NCBI GenBank assembly: GCA_041661405.1
Contig: JBAZUL010000004.1
Span: forward strand, 15,309-79,308
Source: Patescibacteria group bacterium
Lineage (GTDB): Bacteria; Patescibacteriota; Patescibacteriia; Patescibacteriales; JBAZCA01
Direction: 5' to 3'
Length of the DNA: 64,000 nucleotides
The notes under the pieces are model-generated. The model saw nothing but the letters and a program-made list of their open reading frames with translations. It did not search any database and had not been told where the DNA came from. Positions 9,554-16,869 of this stretch are shown here, in pieces (the stretch's first letter is position 1; every line of letters begins with the position of its first letter). Position numbers and translations under genes: made by a program.

Positions 9554-10855
9554 ATGAAAATACTGCAAGTAAATAAATTCCATTATTTAAAAGGCGGGGC
9601 CGAGCGCTACTATCTTGAACTTGCCCGGATGTTGCGCCGGAACGCACACCAAGTCTCGGAATTTTCCATGGAAGATCCGGCCAATTTGACGAGCGCTTAT
9701 TCTAGGTATTTTGTTTCCAATTTAAGCAAAGAGCCAGGATTAAAAAATTGGTTTTTTTATCCCTTTAGGGTTATCTACGGTATTGAGGCAAAAAAGAAAT
9801 TTGAAAAGCTGATAATAGAATTCCGTCCGGATGTGATCCATATCCATAATATTTATCATCAGATTTCGCCGTCAATACTTGGGGCGGCCAAGAAGCACGG
9901 AGTTCCGGTTATAATGCATTTGCACGACTACAAGCTGGTCTGTCCGAACGCCAAGATGTTTTGTAAAGGAAAAGTATGTGAAAAGTGTAAAGGCGGGAAA
10001 TTTTATAACTGTTTTTTAAACCGCTGCATTGATAATTCAGCGGCTAAAAGCCTTATCGCGACCATAGAGATGTATTTTCACCGCTTGGCCGGTTTGTATG
10101 AGAAAAATGTTAATTTATATATCGCTCCTTCAAATTTTTTAAGAGATAAAATAATTGAGTGGGGAATTGATGCCGAAAAAATCATTTATTTTCCGTATTT
10201 CGTTGACGAGATTGAGTCTGGCGATAATGAGAAAGGAAATAATAAAAATAAAGGAAATGATTATTTTTTGTACTATGGAAGATTGAGCGAGGAAAAAGGA
10301 GTTGGCGTAATAATTGACGCGCTGGCCTTGATGGACAAAAAACCAAAACTGCTGATAGTAGGAACCGGACCGATGGAATCTCTATTAAGAGATAAAACGA
10401 AGGAGCTTGATCTTCGGGATCATGTGGAATTTACAGGCTACAAAAGCGGACAGGAACTCGGTGAAATTATCAAGAAAGCGAAAGCCGTTATTATTCCTTC
10501 GGTCTGGTATGAAAATATGCCCTTTACCGTTACTGAAGCCATGCTGGCCGGAAAAATCGTAATCGCCTCCGATATCGGCGGCATAAGCGAGTTGGTTCAG
10601 GGCGGAAAATCAGGTAAGTTATTTAAGCCCGGGTCGGCCGGTGATTTGGCCGGAAAAATTTCAGCGGTTTATAATAATGAAGATGCCGCCGAAAAAACAG
10701 GTTTTTTCGGATCAGATTATATAAAAAACAGCTTTAACGGGGCTGATCATCTTGCGAGAATAGAAAAAATTTACGCTGAAATTGTTGATATAAAAAACCG
10801 AACGGTCGGGAGACGGCCGGGAGAAGGGTTGACAAAACCGCTAAAAATCAGCTAA
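9554..10855 (+). CDS. Glycosyltransferase family 4 (GT-B) with Cys-rich insert
   Basis: The N-terminus MKILQVNKFHYLKGGAERY and the C-terminal TEAMLAGKIVIASDIGGISELV (EX7E-type region) fit GT4. There is a Cys cluster, CPNAKMFCKGKVCEKCKGGKFYNC. Confidence 0.8.
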   Translation: MKILQVNKFHYLKGGAERYYLELARMLRRNAHQVSEFSMEDPANLTSAYSRYFVSNLSKEPGLKNWFFYPFRVIYGIEAKKKFEKLIIEFRPDVIHIHNIYHQISPSILGAAKKHGVPVIMHLHDYKLVCPNAKMFCKGKVCEKCKGGKFYNCFLNRCIDNSAAKSLIATIEMYFHRLAGLYEKNVNLYIAPSNFLRDKIIEWGIDAEKIIYFPYFVDEIESGDNEKGNNKNKGNDYFLYYGRLSEEKGVGVIIDALALMDKKPKLLIVGTGPMESLLRDKTKELDLRDHVEFTGYKSGQELGEIIKKAKAVIIPSVWYENMPFTVTEAMLAGKIVIASDIGGISELVQGGKSGKLFKPGSAGDLAGKISAVYNNEDAAEKTGFFGSDYIKNSFNGADHLARIEKIYAEIVDIKNRTVGRRPGEGLTKPLKIS

Positions 10856-10891
10856 GATAATAAGCCTTTAAGTAATTAAAACATCTCGTTT

Positions 10892-12187
10892 ATGAAAAGA
10901 TTCAAACAATGGAGTCAATGGAGTTCAGCCCTTATTTTCGCGTCCTTAATGGGAGTTTTTCTGGTTGCTCCCGCGCCAGCGGCTCTGGCTAAAATTAAGC
11001 CTTATTATTCGGGCAAAGCCGCGAGTTATAACGGTAATCTTATAATCGGAACCGCCGATATGGGAGAAATTGAGATTTTCAGGCTGGACAGCGGCGAACT
11101 TGTAAAAACCGCGACCATCCAGCCGGAATGGGATCGCTATTCGCGAACCGCGATTTTGTATGATTTGGCATTTTCCGAGGAAAACGGAAAATTGTATCTT
11201 TACGCGGTAACCGGAAACGAGCTTTTAAAATACGATATTACCGAAGTCCGCCTGCCGATTTTGACTAAACGTTCGGCCAATACTTCCTGGGACTGGTTTA
11301 CCGGCGTTGGAACGTTAGGGGATAAAATATATACCGTGGGAAAATTCGGAATAAAAATTTGGACTCCGGACATGGTTGTTATCAATAGCTATGCCATAAA
11401 CAATCCTGCTCCAGCCAATCTATCCTTTGATCAAGGCGGCAATTACATTTTTAGCATCTTGAATAAAGAAGGAAAAATTGACATTTATGATACCAATACC
11501 CGGCAGGTGGTTTCTTCCATCCCTTTCCGAGCCGATAACATTTATAACCGCGGATTATACACCAGCGGCGGTTATGTATATTTTATTGACGACTCGGCCG
11601 TTAAAAAAACCGATTTTTCCGGAAAGTCCGGCGCCAATTTCGTTTTTAAAAGTAAGAATGGCTATGATGTCCGGCCTTCGGCTGATCCGGCTTATTTCTA
11701 CTTTACCGACGGTGTCGGAGTGGTAAAAGCGAGAACGAGCGACCTTGAGCCGGTTAAATGGGCCTGGACTACGAATATCGGTCAAAACTGCTGGGCGATG
11801 GGATTGAGAATTGTGAAAGCCGGCGCGAGCGAGTACGCGGTTGTATTTAATAACAGCAATATTCTTGTCTTAGACGGCGATCTTAAGCTGGTTACTTCAT
11901 ACGAAAGCCAGGAAGACTTGATGCAGTTGGGCGAATCTTTAGCGCTTTCGGTAGATAAAGCTCGGGCGCCGTCCGGAGCAATGATCTCTCTTCACGGCCA
12001 GGGGTACGGATTTAACGAACCTCTGGATATTTTTTGGGCTGACACAAAATACGAAATCAGGGCGGATGACCAGGGAAGATTCCGGGTATTTTTGGAAGTA
12101 CCGAAGGCTAAGCCCGGGGGGCGCGATATCACCGTGACCGGAAAATTCACCGGAGCTAAATACAGTCTGGGCTTTCAGGTTGAATAA
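10892..12187 (+). CDS. Secreted repeat protein (beta-propeller-like) with C-terminal Ig-like domain
   Basis: A signal peptide ends in APAALA. Repeated motifs of the type GxxIYxxxxxGIxIxD recur. No enzymatic motif recognised. Confidence 0.5.
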   Translation: MKRFKQWSQWSSALIFASLMGVFLVAPAPAALAKIKPYYSGKAASYNGNLIIGTADMGEIEIFRLDSGELVKTATIQPEWDRYSRTAILYDLAFSEENGKLYLYAVTGNELLKYDITEVRLPILTKRSANTSWDWFTGVGTLGDKIYTVGKFGIKIWTPDMVVINSYAINNPAPANLSFDQGGNYIFSILNKEGKIDIYDTNTRQVVSSIPFRADNIYNRGLYTSGGYVYFIDDSAVKKTDFSGKSGANFVFKSKNGYDVRPSADPAYFYFTDGVGVVKARTSDLEPVKWAWTTNIGQNCWAMGLRIVKAGASEYAVVFNNSNILVLDGDLKLVTSYESQEDLMQLGESLALSVDKARAPSGAMISLHGQGYGFNEPLDIFWADTKYEIRADDQGRFRVFLEVPKAKPGGRDITVTGKFTGAKYSLGFQVE

Positions 12188-12238
12188 TCGGGTTTAGATA
12201 TTCTTGTCGGCGAGGCATAGACAGACCTAGTCAAAAAT

Positions 12239-13420
12239 ATGAAAATAGTTTTTATCGGGCAAAAAGGAATACCGGCCGTTTCCGGAGGAGTGGAAAAGCA
12301 TGTGGAAGAATTATCCGTCCGCTTGGTTAAGCTTGGCCATGAAGTTTCGGTTTACGTCCGGCCGAATTATACCGATCCTGGTATAAAGGATTTTAAAGGG
12401 GTAAATCTTATCTCACTGCCGAGCGTTCCGACCAAACGTCTGGACGCGATTACCCATACTTTTTTTTCCTGCCTGCACTTGATTTTTTTCAAGCGGAGAA
12501 CCGATATTGTCCATTTCCATTCTATCGGCCCGTCGTCGCTCATTGGCCTTGTAAAAATTTTTCTGCCCAGGACAAAGGTGATTACTACATTTCATACCCA
12601 GTGCTATTTCCATAAAAAATGGAGCCGGCTTGACGGCGCTTACCTTAAATTCGGCGAATGGGCCTGCCATAAATTCGCTGACGAGGTTATTGTTGTGTCA
12701 AAAAATCTGAAAAATTATTCTGAAAAAAAATACGGCCGAAAAGTAACCTATATACCCAACGGAGCTGAAATAAAAGAGAATTCGCCGGTCACGGAAATTA
12801 CTAGCCTCGGCCTCCAAAAAGAAGGTTATATCCTTGCGGTTTCCCGTCTTATCCGTCATAAAGGAGTTCATCATCTGATCAGAGCCTATGGCCGAATCAG
12901 CACGGACGTGAAGTTGGTGATTGTCGGCGATGGATTTTATACTGATAATTATGTGAGCGAACTGAAAAAACAGGCCGCCGGAAACCCGAATATTATTTTC
13001 ACCGGCCGGCAATCAGGCGCGGTTTTAGATGAACTTTTCTCTAATGCCTTGTTTTTTGTCCAGCCATCCGAGTCCGAGGGTCTTTCAATCGCTCTTTTGG
13101 AAGCCATGTCTTTCGGCTTGCCGGTTCTTACTTCGGACATTGCCGAGAACCTGGAGGCGGCTGAAGGAGCGGGTTATGCCTTTAAAAATAGAGATGCCGA
13201 AGATTTAGAAAAAAAACTTGAGTTTTTACTGAACCCGGCTAACCGGAAAGCCATGAAAGCGCGCGGAGAAAAAAATCGGGAAAGAATAAGGGATCATTAC
13301 AGTTGGGATAAAATCGCCGAGACTACTGATGAATTATACGCGACTACCGGAGGGCGCAGGGAATTAAAGAATTTTTTTCCGTTGAGGATCGCGAGAAAGC
13401 TATTGTTTTTTTACCGGTAG
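12239..13420 (+). CDS. Glycosyltransferase family 4
   Basis: MKIVFIGQKGIPAVSGGVEKHVEEL at the N-terminus and SESEGLSIALLEAMSFGLPVLTSDI in the C-terminal half. Confidence 0.8.
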   Translation: MKIVFIGQKGIPAVSGGVEKHVEELSVRLVKLGHEVSVYVRPNYTDPGIKDFKGVNLISLPSVPTKRLDAITHTFFSCLHLIFFKRRTDIVHFHSIGPSSLIGLVKIFLPRTKVITTFHTQCYFHKKWSRLDGAYLKFGEWACHKFADEVIVVSKNLKNYSEKKYGRKVTYIPNGAEIKENSPVTEITSLGLQKEGYILAVSRLIRHKGVHHLIRAYGRISTDVKLVIVGDGFYTDNYVSELKKQAAGNPNIIFTGRQSGAVLDELFSNALFFVQPSESEGLSIALLEAMSFGLPVLTSDIAENLEAAEGAGYAFKNRDAEDLEKKLEFLLNPANRKAMKARGEKNRERIRDHYSWDKIAETTDELYATTGGRRELKNFFPLRIARKLLFFYR

Positions 13421-13587
13421 TAGCTGTTCTTTTTAAATAACTTGAATATCGGGTTGCGGCCGTAAAATTTATGGCCATGGCCCGGTGTTCAAGGTTTTTT
13501 GCATAGGTACCGGAAAGGTCGGTTGCCAGCCAACGAGTTGGTTTGGCGAGGCACCCGAGATGTCAATCGTTTAAAGGAGGTTCTTAG

Positions 13588-14217
13588 ATGTTACGGAAAG
13601 TGTTTTTTGCTTTTTTGGCAATCGTTGGCCTGAGCGTTCTTTGCTCGGTCTATGTTGGCTCGGTAATTTTGGAGACGGCATGGGCCGACGAGCGGCCCAT
13701 AAAGATCGAGCCAGTTGACACAACCGGCGCCGATGTTTATCTTTTGGTTGGTCAAATGTGCAAATACGGGGATGGCCTGTGGTATAAGCAGGTCATATTG
13801 CTAAATGGGACACCTGCCCCGCCGGTAAACCACCCGATATATGCATACTTGGCCACACTGACCCTGCCGGCGGACGGGCAGGGAACAATCGGGGAGATCC
13901 GCTCCCCGAAAACGTTCGCTTTCACAAAAAACCAAACTGCTCTCATTCCCCGGTGCCAGATCATCGGCACCGAAGCCCGGGTCAATTTCGCTCAACAGTG
14001 GTTCCAAGGGAGGAAACTTCCTCTGAAAATCACGACCCGGGCAACGGAAGTGAAAGGGCGAGGAACGGTGGGTATCCTGGTCTACCCGCCGCATTCGTTT
14101 GACTACGCTTTTGTTCCAATTTCTGACCAGGAAATTGAGGCGAACGACTTTCGAATGTTTGACAACATCTGGAACTTGATCGCCTCTGAGCACCTCAAGG
14201 CCGCGACTGGTAACTAG
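13588..14217 (+). CDS. Hypothetical secreted protein (GC-rich islet 2)
   Basis: AAAGGAGG lies upstream of the ATG. The N-terminal signal is MLRKVFFAFLAIVGLSVLCSV. The gene is GC-rich relative to its neighbours. No family recognised. Confidence 0.55.
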   Translation: MLRKVFFAFLAIVGLSVLCSVYVGSVILETAWADERPIKIEPVDTTGADVYLLVGQMCKYGDGLWYKQVILLNGTPAPPVNHPIYAYLATLTLPADGQGTIGEIRSPKTFAFTKNQTALIPRCQIIGTEARVNFAQQWFQGRKLPLKITTRATEVKGRGTVGILVYPPHSFDYAFVPISDQEIEANDFRMFDNIWNLIASEHLKAATGN

Positions 14218-14545
14218 GTCAAGGCTTTGAGGCTGCCCCGTCGGCAAGCGCATCTGTTTGCCACGCTGACGCCCGGCTCACCCGGCCGCGGCTCAACCCG
14301 ACTTTGCCGTCGGGGCGGAAATGTTTTTTCAAAGTCAATTAGTTGCCCTCGTCCGTTTTGGCGGCCGTGGCGTCCAGCGAGGACGTCCTACAGCCAAGCC
14401 CCAGCCGAAGCGGACAGGGCTTACCAAACCCTCCTTTAGCCAGTCAGCGAATCTCGGAGCCCCGGATTCAAAGACAATTTTTACGGCTTTTAGGAGGGTG
14501 TTTTATTTTTGGGAGGTTTTATGAGGTTGTTTTTTCTCTTAAATA

Positions 14546-14554
14546 TGCTATAAT
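14546..14554 (+). promoter_or_regulatory. Extended -10 element (TGcTATAAT) 7 nt before the ATG at 14561
   Basis: TGCTATAAT at 14546-14554. No SD-like sequence precedes the ATG, so a leaderless transcript is possible. Confidence 0.35.
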
Positions 14555-14560
14555 TTTATT

Positions 14561-14764
14561 ATGTATAATTGGTCAGTTAATACAACTGAATTAAAAAAAG
14601 ACAAGAAAAAATATGCTGTTTGGCGCTTGGAGCAAATGGTTAATTTTGGTTTGGGCGGAAAGAAAATCAACCGGGAAGAAATAAAAAAATATTGGAAGAT
14701 ACTTAAAATGGACCATAATAAAAAGCGGTATTTAAAGATGATTTTATGGCCCAAACAATCCTGA
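14561..14764 (+). CDS. Small conserved-looking protein upstream of and overlapping the AbiEii-type gene (candidate antitoxin partner)
   Basis: 67 codons. It overlaps the downstream start by 19 nt. Composition is basic and Trp-rich (WRLEQMVNFGLGGKKI). It lacks the length expected of a canonical AbiEi. Confidence 0.45.
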   Translation: MYNWSVNTTELKKDKKKYAVWRLEQMVNFGLGGKKINREEIKKYWKILKMDHNKKRYLKMILWPKQS

Positions 14765-15405
14765 GCGCTAATCAAGTTAAAGTTTTGGAGGCAATCAGCA
14801 AAGACGCGGAAATTTGCCGAATTTTTTATTTGACCGGCGGAACGGCTTTGGCGGAGTATTATCTGCAACATCGCTTATCCGAAGACCTGGATTTTTTTTC
14901 GGAAAAAGAATTCGATATTATGGCGATAAATGTTTTTTTTGCGAAGAATAGAAAAGCATTGGGAATAAAAAAGATTGATTTTCAAAAAAGCTTTAACCGC
15001 AATTTGATTTTTCTGCATTTAAAAGATGAGATAATTAAAACTGAGTTTACCTATTTTCCTTTTCCGAGGATTGAAAAAAAAGCTAAGATGAATAAGCTGT
15101 TTGTGGACAGCCTCGGAGATATTGCTGTGAATAAATTGTTTACCATATATCAAAAACCGCGTTCCCGGGATTTTATTGATTTATATTTGATAATAAAGAA
15201 AACCGGCTGGAAGATGAATGACTTGATTAAAAAAACAAAAATTAAGTTTGACTGGCATATTGATTATTTGCAATTAGGCAGCCAATTTATATTGGCTAAA
15301 GAAGTTAAAGATTATCCGCGGATGATCTTTAAACTTGAAAATAAAAAGTGGCAAAATTTTTTTATTAATGAAGCTAAAGTTTTCAGCGGAAAGATTATTG
15401 ATTAG
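14746..15405 (+). CDS. Nucleotidyltransferase, AbiEii/AbiGii toxin family (DUF1814-like)
   Basis: FYLTGGTALAEYYLQHRLSEDLDFF matches the family's N-terminal NTase motif (GG...DLDF). 219 aa. Confidence 0.7.
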   Translation: MAQTILSANQVKVLEAISKDAEICRIFYLTGGTALAEYYLQHRLSEDLDFFSEKEFDIMAINVFFAKNRKALGIKKIDFQKSFNRNLIFLHLKDEIIKTEFTYFPFPRIEKKAKMNKLFVDSLGDIAVNKLFTIYQKPRSRDFIDLYLIIKKTGWKMNDLIKKTKIKFDWHIDYLQLGSQFILAKEVKDYPRMIFKLENKKWQNFFINEAKVFSGKIID

Positions 15406-15550
15406 ATTATTCCAGTCAACCAGCTCCCTCGCGGGCGTTTTTTTGCGTTTTATTTTCGGGAGTTTTTTAAAATTGAGGACTGACATGATGTAGTTATGTC
15501 AGATTTTGGTTAAAAATAACTAAAAAAAGAAATAAACAGAAGTTAAAAGC

Positions 15551-16102
15551 ATGATCCTCCGTATTAATACAATAAAAAACAATTCCACCGAAATTGAAAT
15601 CGGATTGCGCGACAAGGCGGGGAAGTGGATTGTAAAAAAATATGTTAAGGCGGACCGCAAACAGGCGGAGAAGCTCCTGCCCTTGATTGAGAAGGTTGTG
15701 GCTGGCGCAGGCGGAAAGAAGGGCAAGACGGATCTAAAACAGAAGTTTAAAGTTAAAAGTATCCCGTCTCAATCTCGGCGAGCCGAGGCGGAAAAGTTAA
15801 AAGTTTTTGATTTTATTGAATCCATTGAAGTCGTGAATCAGGGCGGGACATTCACCTCTCTGCGCATCGGCGTAGCGACCGCGAACGCGCTGGGGTATGC
15901 GCTAAATGTTCCAGTTGTTGGAGTTAGTGAATTTGAAAAAGTGGGTATAAAGTCCAGGCCGGATGATGCGCATTGTGAAAAGTTCAAAGTTACCTTGCCT
16001 GCCGACAGGCAGGAAAGTCCAAAGTCCAAAGTTAATTTTGATATCGTCGCGCCGGAATACGACAAAGAACCGAATATTACGCTCAAAGTTCATAACCCGT
16101 AA
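15551..16102 (+). CDS. tsaB: TsaB-like (t6A biosynthesis, YeaZ family) mini-protein carrying two repeat-derived inserts
   Basis: NQGGTFTSLRIGVATANALGYALNVPVVGV matches the TsaB GPGSFTGLRIG...P..GV core. The N-terminus MILRINT resembles the family start. Confidence 0.55.
   Translation: MILRINTIKNNSTEIEIGLRDKAGKWIVKKYVKADRKQAEKLLPLIEKVVAGAGGKKGKTDLKQKFKVKSIPSQSRRAEAEKLKVFDFIESIEVVNQGGTFTSLRIGVATANALGYALNVPVVGVSEFEKVGIKSRPDDAHCEKFKVTLPADRQESPKSKVNFDIVAPEYDKEPNITLKVHNP
15737..15808 (+). repeat. In-frame repeat module A inside tsaB-like CDS
   Basis: The palindromic core ATCCCGTCTCAATCTCGGCGAGCCGAGGCGGA (15761-15792) is flanked by a perfect 12-nt direct repeat AAAGTTAAAAGT (15749-15760 and 15793-15804). 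The core recurs at 21719-21754. Confidence 0.85.
15977..16034 (+). repeat. In-frame repeat module B inside tsaB-like CDS
   Basis: The core TGCCTGCCGACAGGCA (about 15996-16013) is a variant of the 6846/59329 core. It is flanked by AAAGTTCAAAGTT / AAAGTCCAAAGTCCAAAGTT words, and the direct repeat CAAAGTTA occurs at 15985 and 16027. Confidence 0.8.
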
Positions 16103-16163
16103 CTCGTAATTTGAGCTTGTGTGAATTAAAGGGTGATAATTAAGATTTGAGATACGAGTTACG
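16098..16163 (+). repeat. Hairpin whose left arm contains the tsaB-like stop codon
   Basis: CGTAACTCGTA (16098-16108, including TAA at 16100-16102) pairs perfectly with TACGAGTTACG (16153-16163). TTTGAG words lie inside. Confidence 0.75.
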
Positions 16164-16240
16164 CGGTTCTGTGCATTACCTGTTGATAACTCTGTGGATA
16201 AACTCGTCTGTTAACTGAAAAAAATAAAATAAGTTATTTA

Positions 16241-16273
16241 TTCCTTCTGTGGAAAACGCGGAAGGATTTTTTT
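16241..16273 (+). terminator. Rho-independent terminator
   Basis: TTCCTTC (16241-16247) pairs with GAAGGA (16261-16266), followed by TTTTTTT. Confidence 0.6.
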
Positions 16274-16335
16274 ATTGGTCATGATTTGTTTAATATTAGT
16301 AAAAATATTTGCGTAAAAATCGTGGCAGGAAATAA

Positions 16336-16364
16336 TTGACCGGAGGCATTTAATGGTGTATAGT
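16336..16364 (+). promoter_or_regulatory. Candidate dcw (Pmra-like) promoter
   Basis: TTGACC (16336-16341), 17-nt spacer, TATAGT (16359-16364), about 40 nt upstream of mraZ. Confidence 0.55.
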
Positions 16365-16370
16365 AAAATC

Positions 16371-16400
16371 ATGTTGGTGAAAAGTGGGGAAGTGTGGAGA
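16371..16400 (+). promoter_or_regulatory. Three 10-nt-phased GTGG-type direct repeats (candidate MraZ boxes)
   Basis: ATGTTGGTGA / AAAGTGGGGA / AGTGTGGAGA at 16371, 16381 and 16391 share A..(T/G)TGG.GA. They lie between the -10 element and the mraZ ATG. Confidence 0.45.
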
Positions 16401-16405
16401 ATTAT

Positions 16406-16837
16406 ATGTTCATAGGTGAATACAGCCACAACATAGACGAAAAAGGCCGGATGGCTATCCCGGCTAAGTTCAGGGCGCTTTTAAAAAAAGGCGCGGTCGT
16501 TACCCGGGGGTTGGATAATTCGCTTTCCCTTTATCCGAAAGAAGCCTGGGCCGAGCTCGCGAAAAAATTGGCGGCTCTCCCGATCGGGCAGGCCAAAGCC
16601 CGGGCTTTCGCGCGCCTCATGCTCGCCGGCGCCATGGATGTTGATTTTGATTCGCAGGGCCGGATCGTCCTGCCGGAATATTTAAGGAAATACGCGAGCC
16701 TCAGAAAGAAAGCCGTAGTGGCCGGATTATACGACCGGCTGGAAATCTGGGACGAAGAGTCTTGGGAGAAGTTTAAAAAGGGAACTGAAGCAGCCTCAAA
16801 TGATATAGCAGAGGCGATGGGAGAACTGGGAGTTTAG
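16406..16837 (+). CDS. mraZ: Transcriptional regulator MraZ
   Basis: MFIGEYSHNIDEKGRMAIPAKFR and a second SpoVT/AbrB-like half (GRIVLPEYLRKYA). The ATG at 16406 is preferred over the GTG at 16394. Confidence 0.9.
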   Translation: MFIGEYSHNIDEKGRMAIPAKFRALLKKGAVVTRGLDNSLSLYPKEAWAELAKKLAALPIGQAKARAFARLMLAGAMDVDFDSQGRIVLPEYLRKYASLRKKAVVAGLYDRLEIWDEESWEKFKKGTEAASNDIAEAMGELGV

Positions 16838-16869
16838 AACAATTTTCAATTATAAATTTATCCCCAATA

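Noticed and set aside
14218-14545. GC-rich non-coding stretch as RNase P RNA, SRP RNA, tmRNA or a retron msr-msd.
   Set aside because: I did not find the RNase P CR-I/CR-V blocks, the SRP domain IV motif, or a tmRNA tRNA-like 3' end. No reverse transcriptase gene is adjacent. It is kept only as an unclassified structured region.
3603-14545. A classical integrated mobile element (prophage, ICE or transposon) explaining the GC-rich islets.
   Set aside because: The window contains no integrase, transposase, phage structural genes, tRNA attachment site or flanking long direct repeats. Horizontal transfer or a chimeric assembly remain open possibilities.
16008-16020. GGAAAGTCC, resembling the RNase P RNA CR-I (GAGGAAAGUCC).
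   Set aside because: It lies inside the tsaB-like CDS as part of AAAGTCC word repeats, and no other RNase P conserved regions are nearby.
16193-16256. A perfect DnaA box (TGTGGATAA at 16193-16201) and a near match (TGTGGAAAA at 16248-16256) in the 290-nt AT-rich spacer before mraZ, raising the possibility of an origin of replication.
   Set aside because: There is only one perfect box. The second lies in the loop of a terminator hairpin (16241-16273). No dnaA, dnaN or gidA context is present, and I could not evaluate any strand-switch signal.
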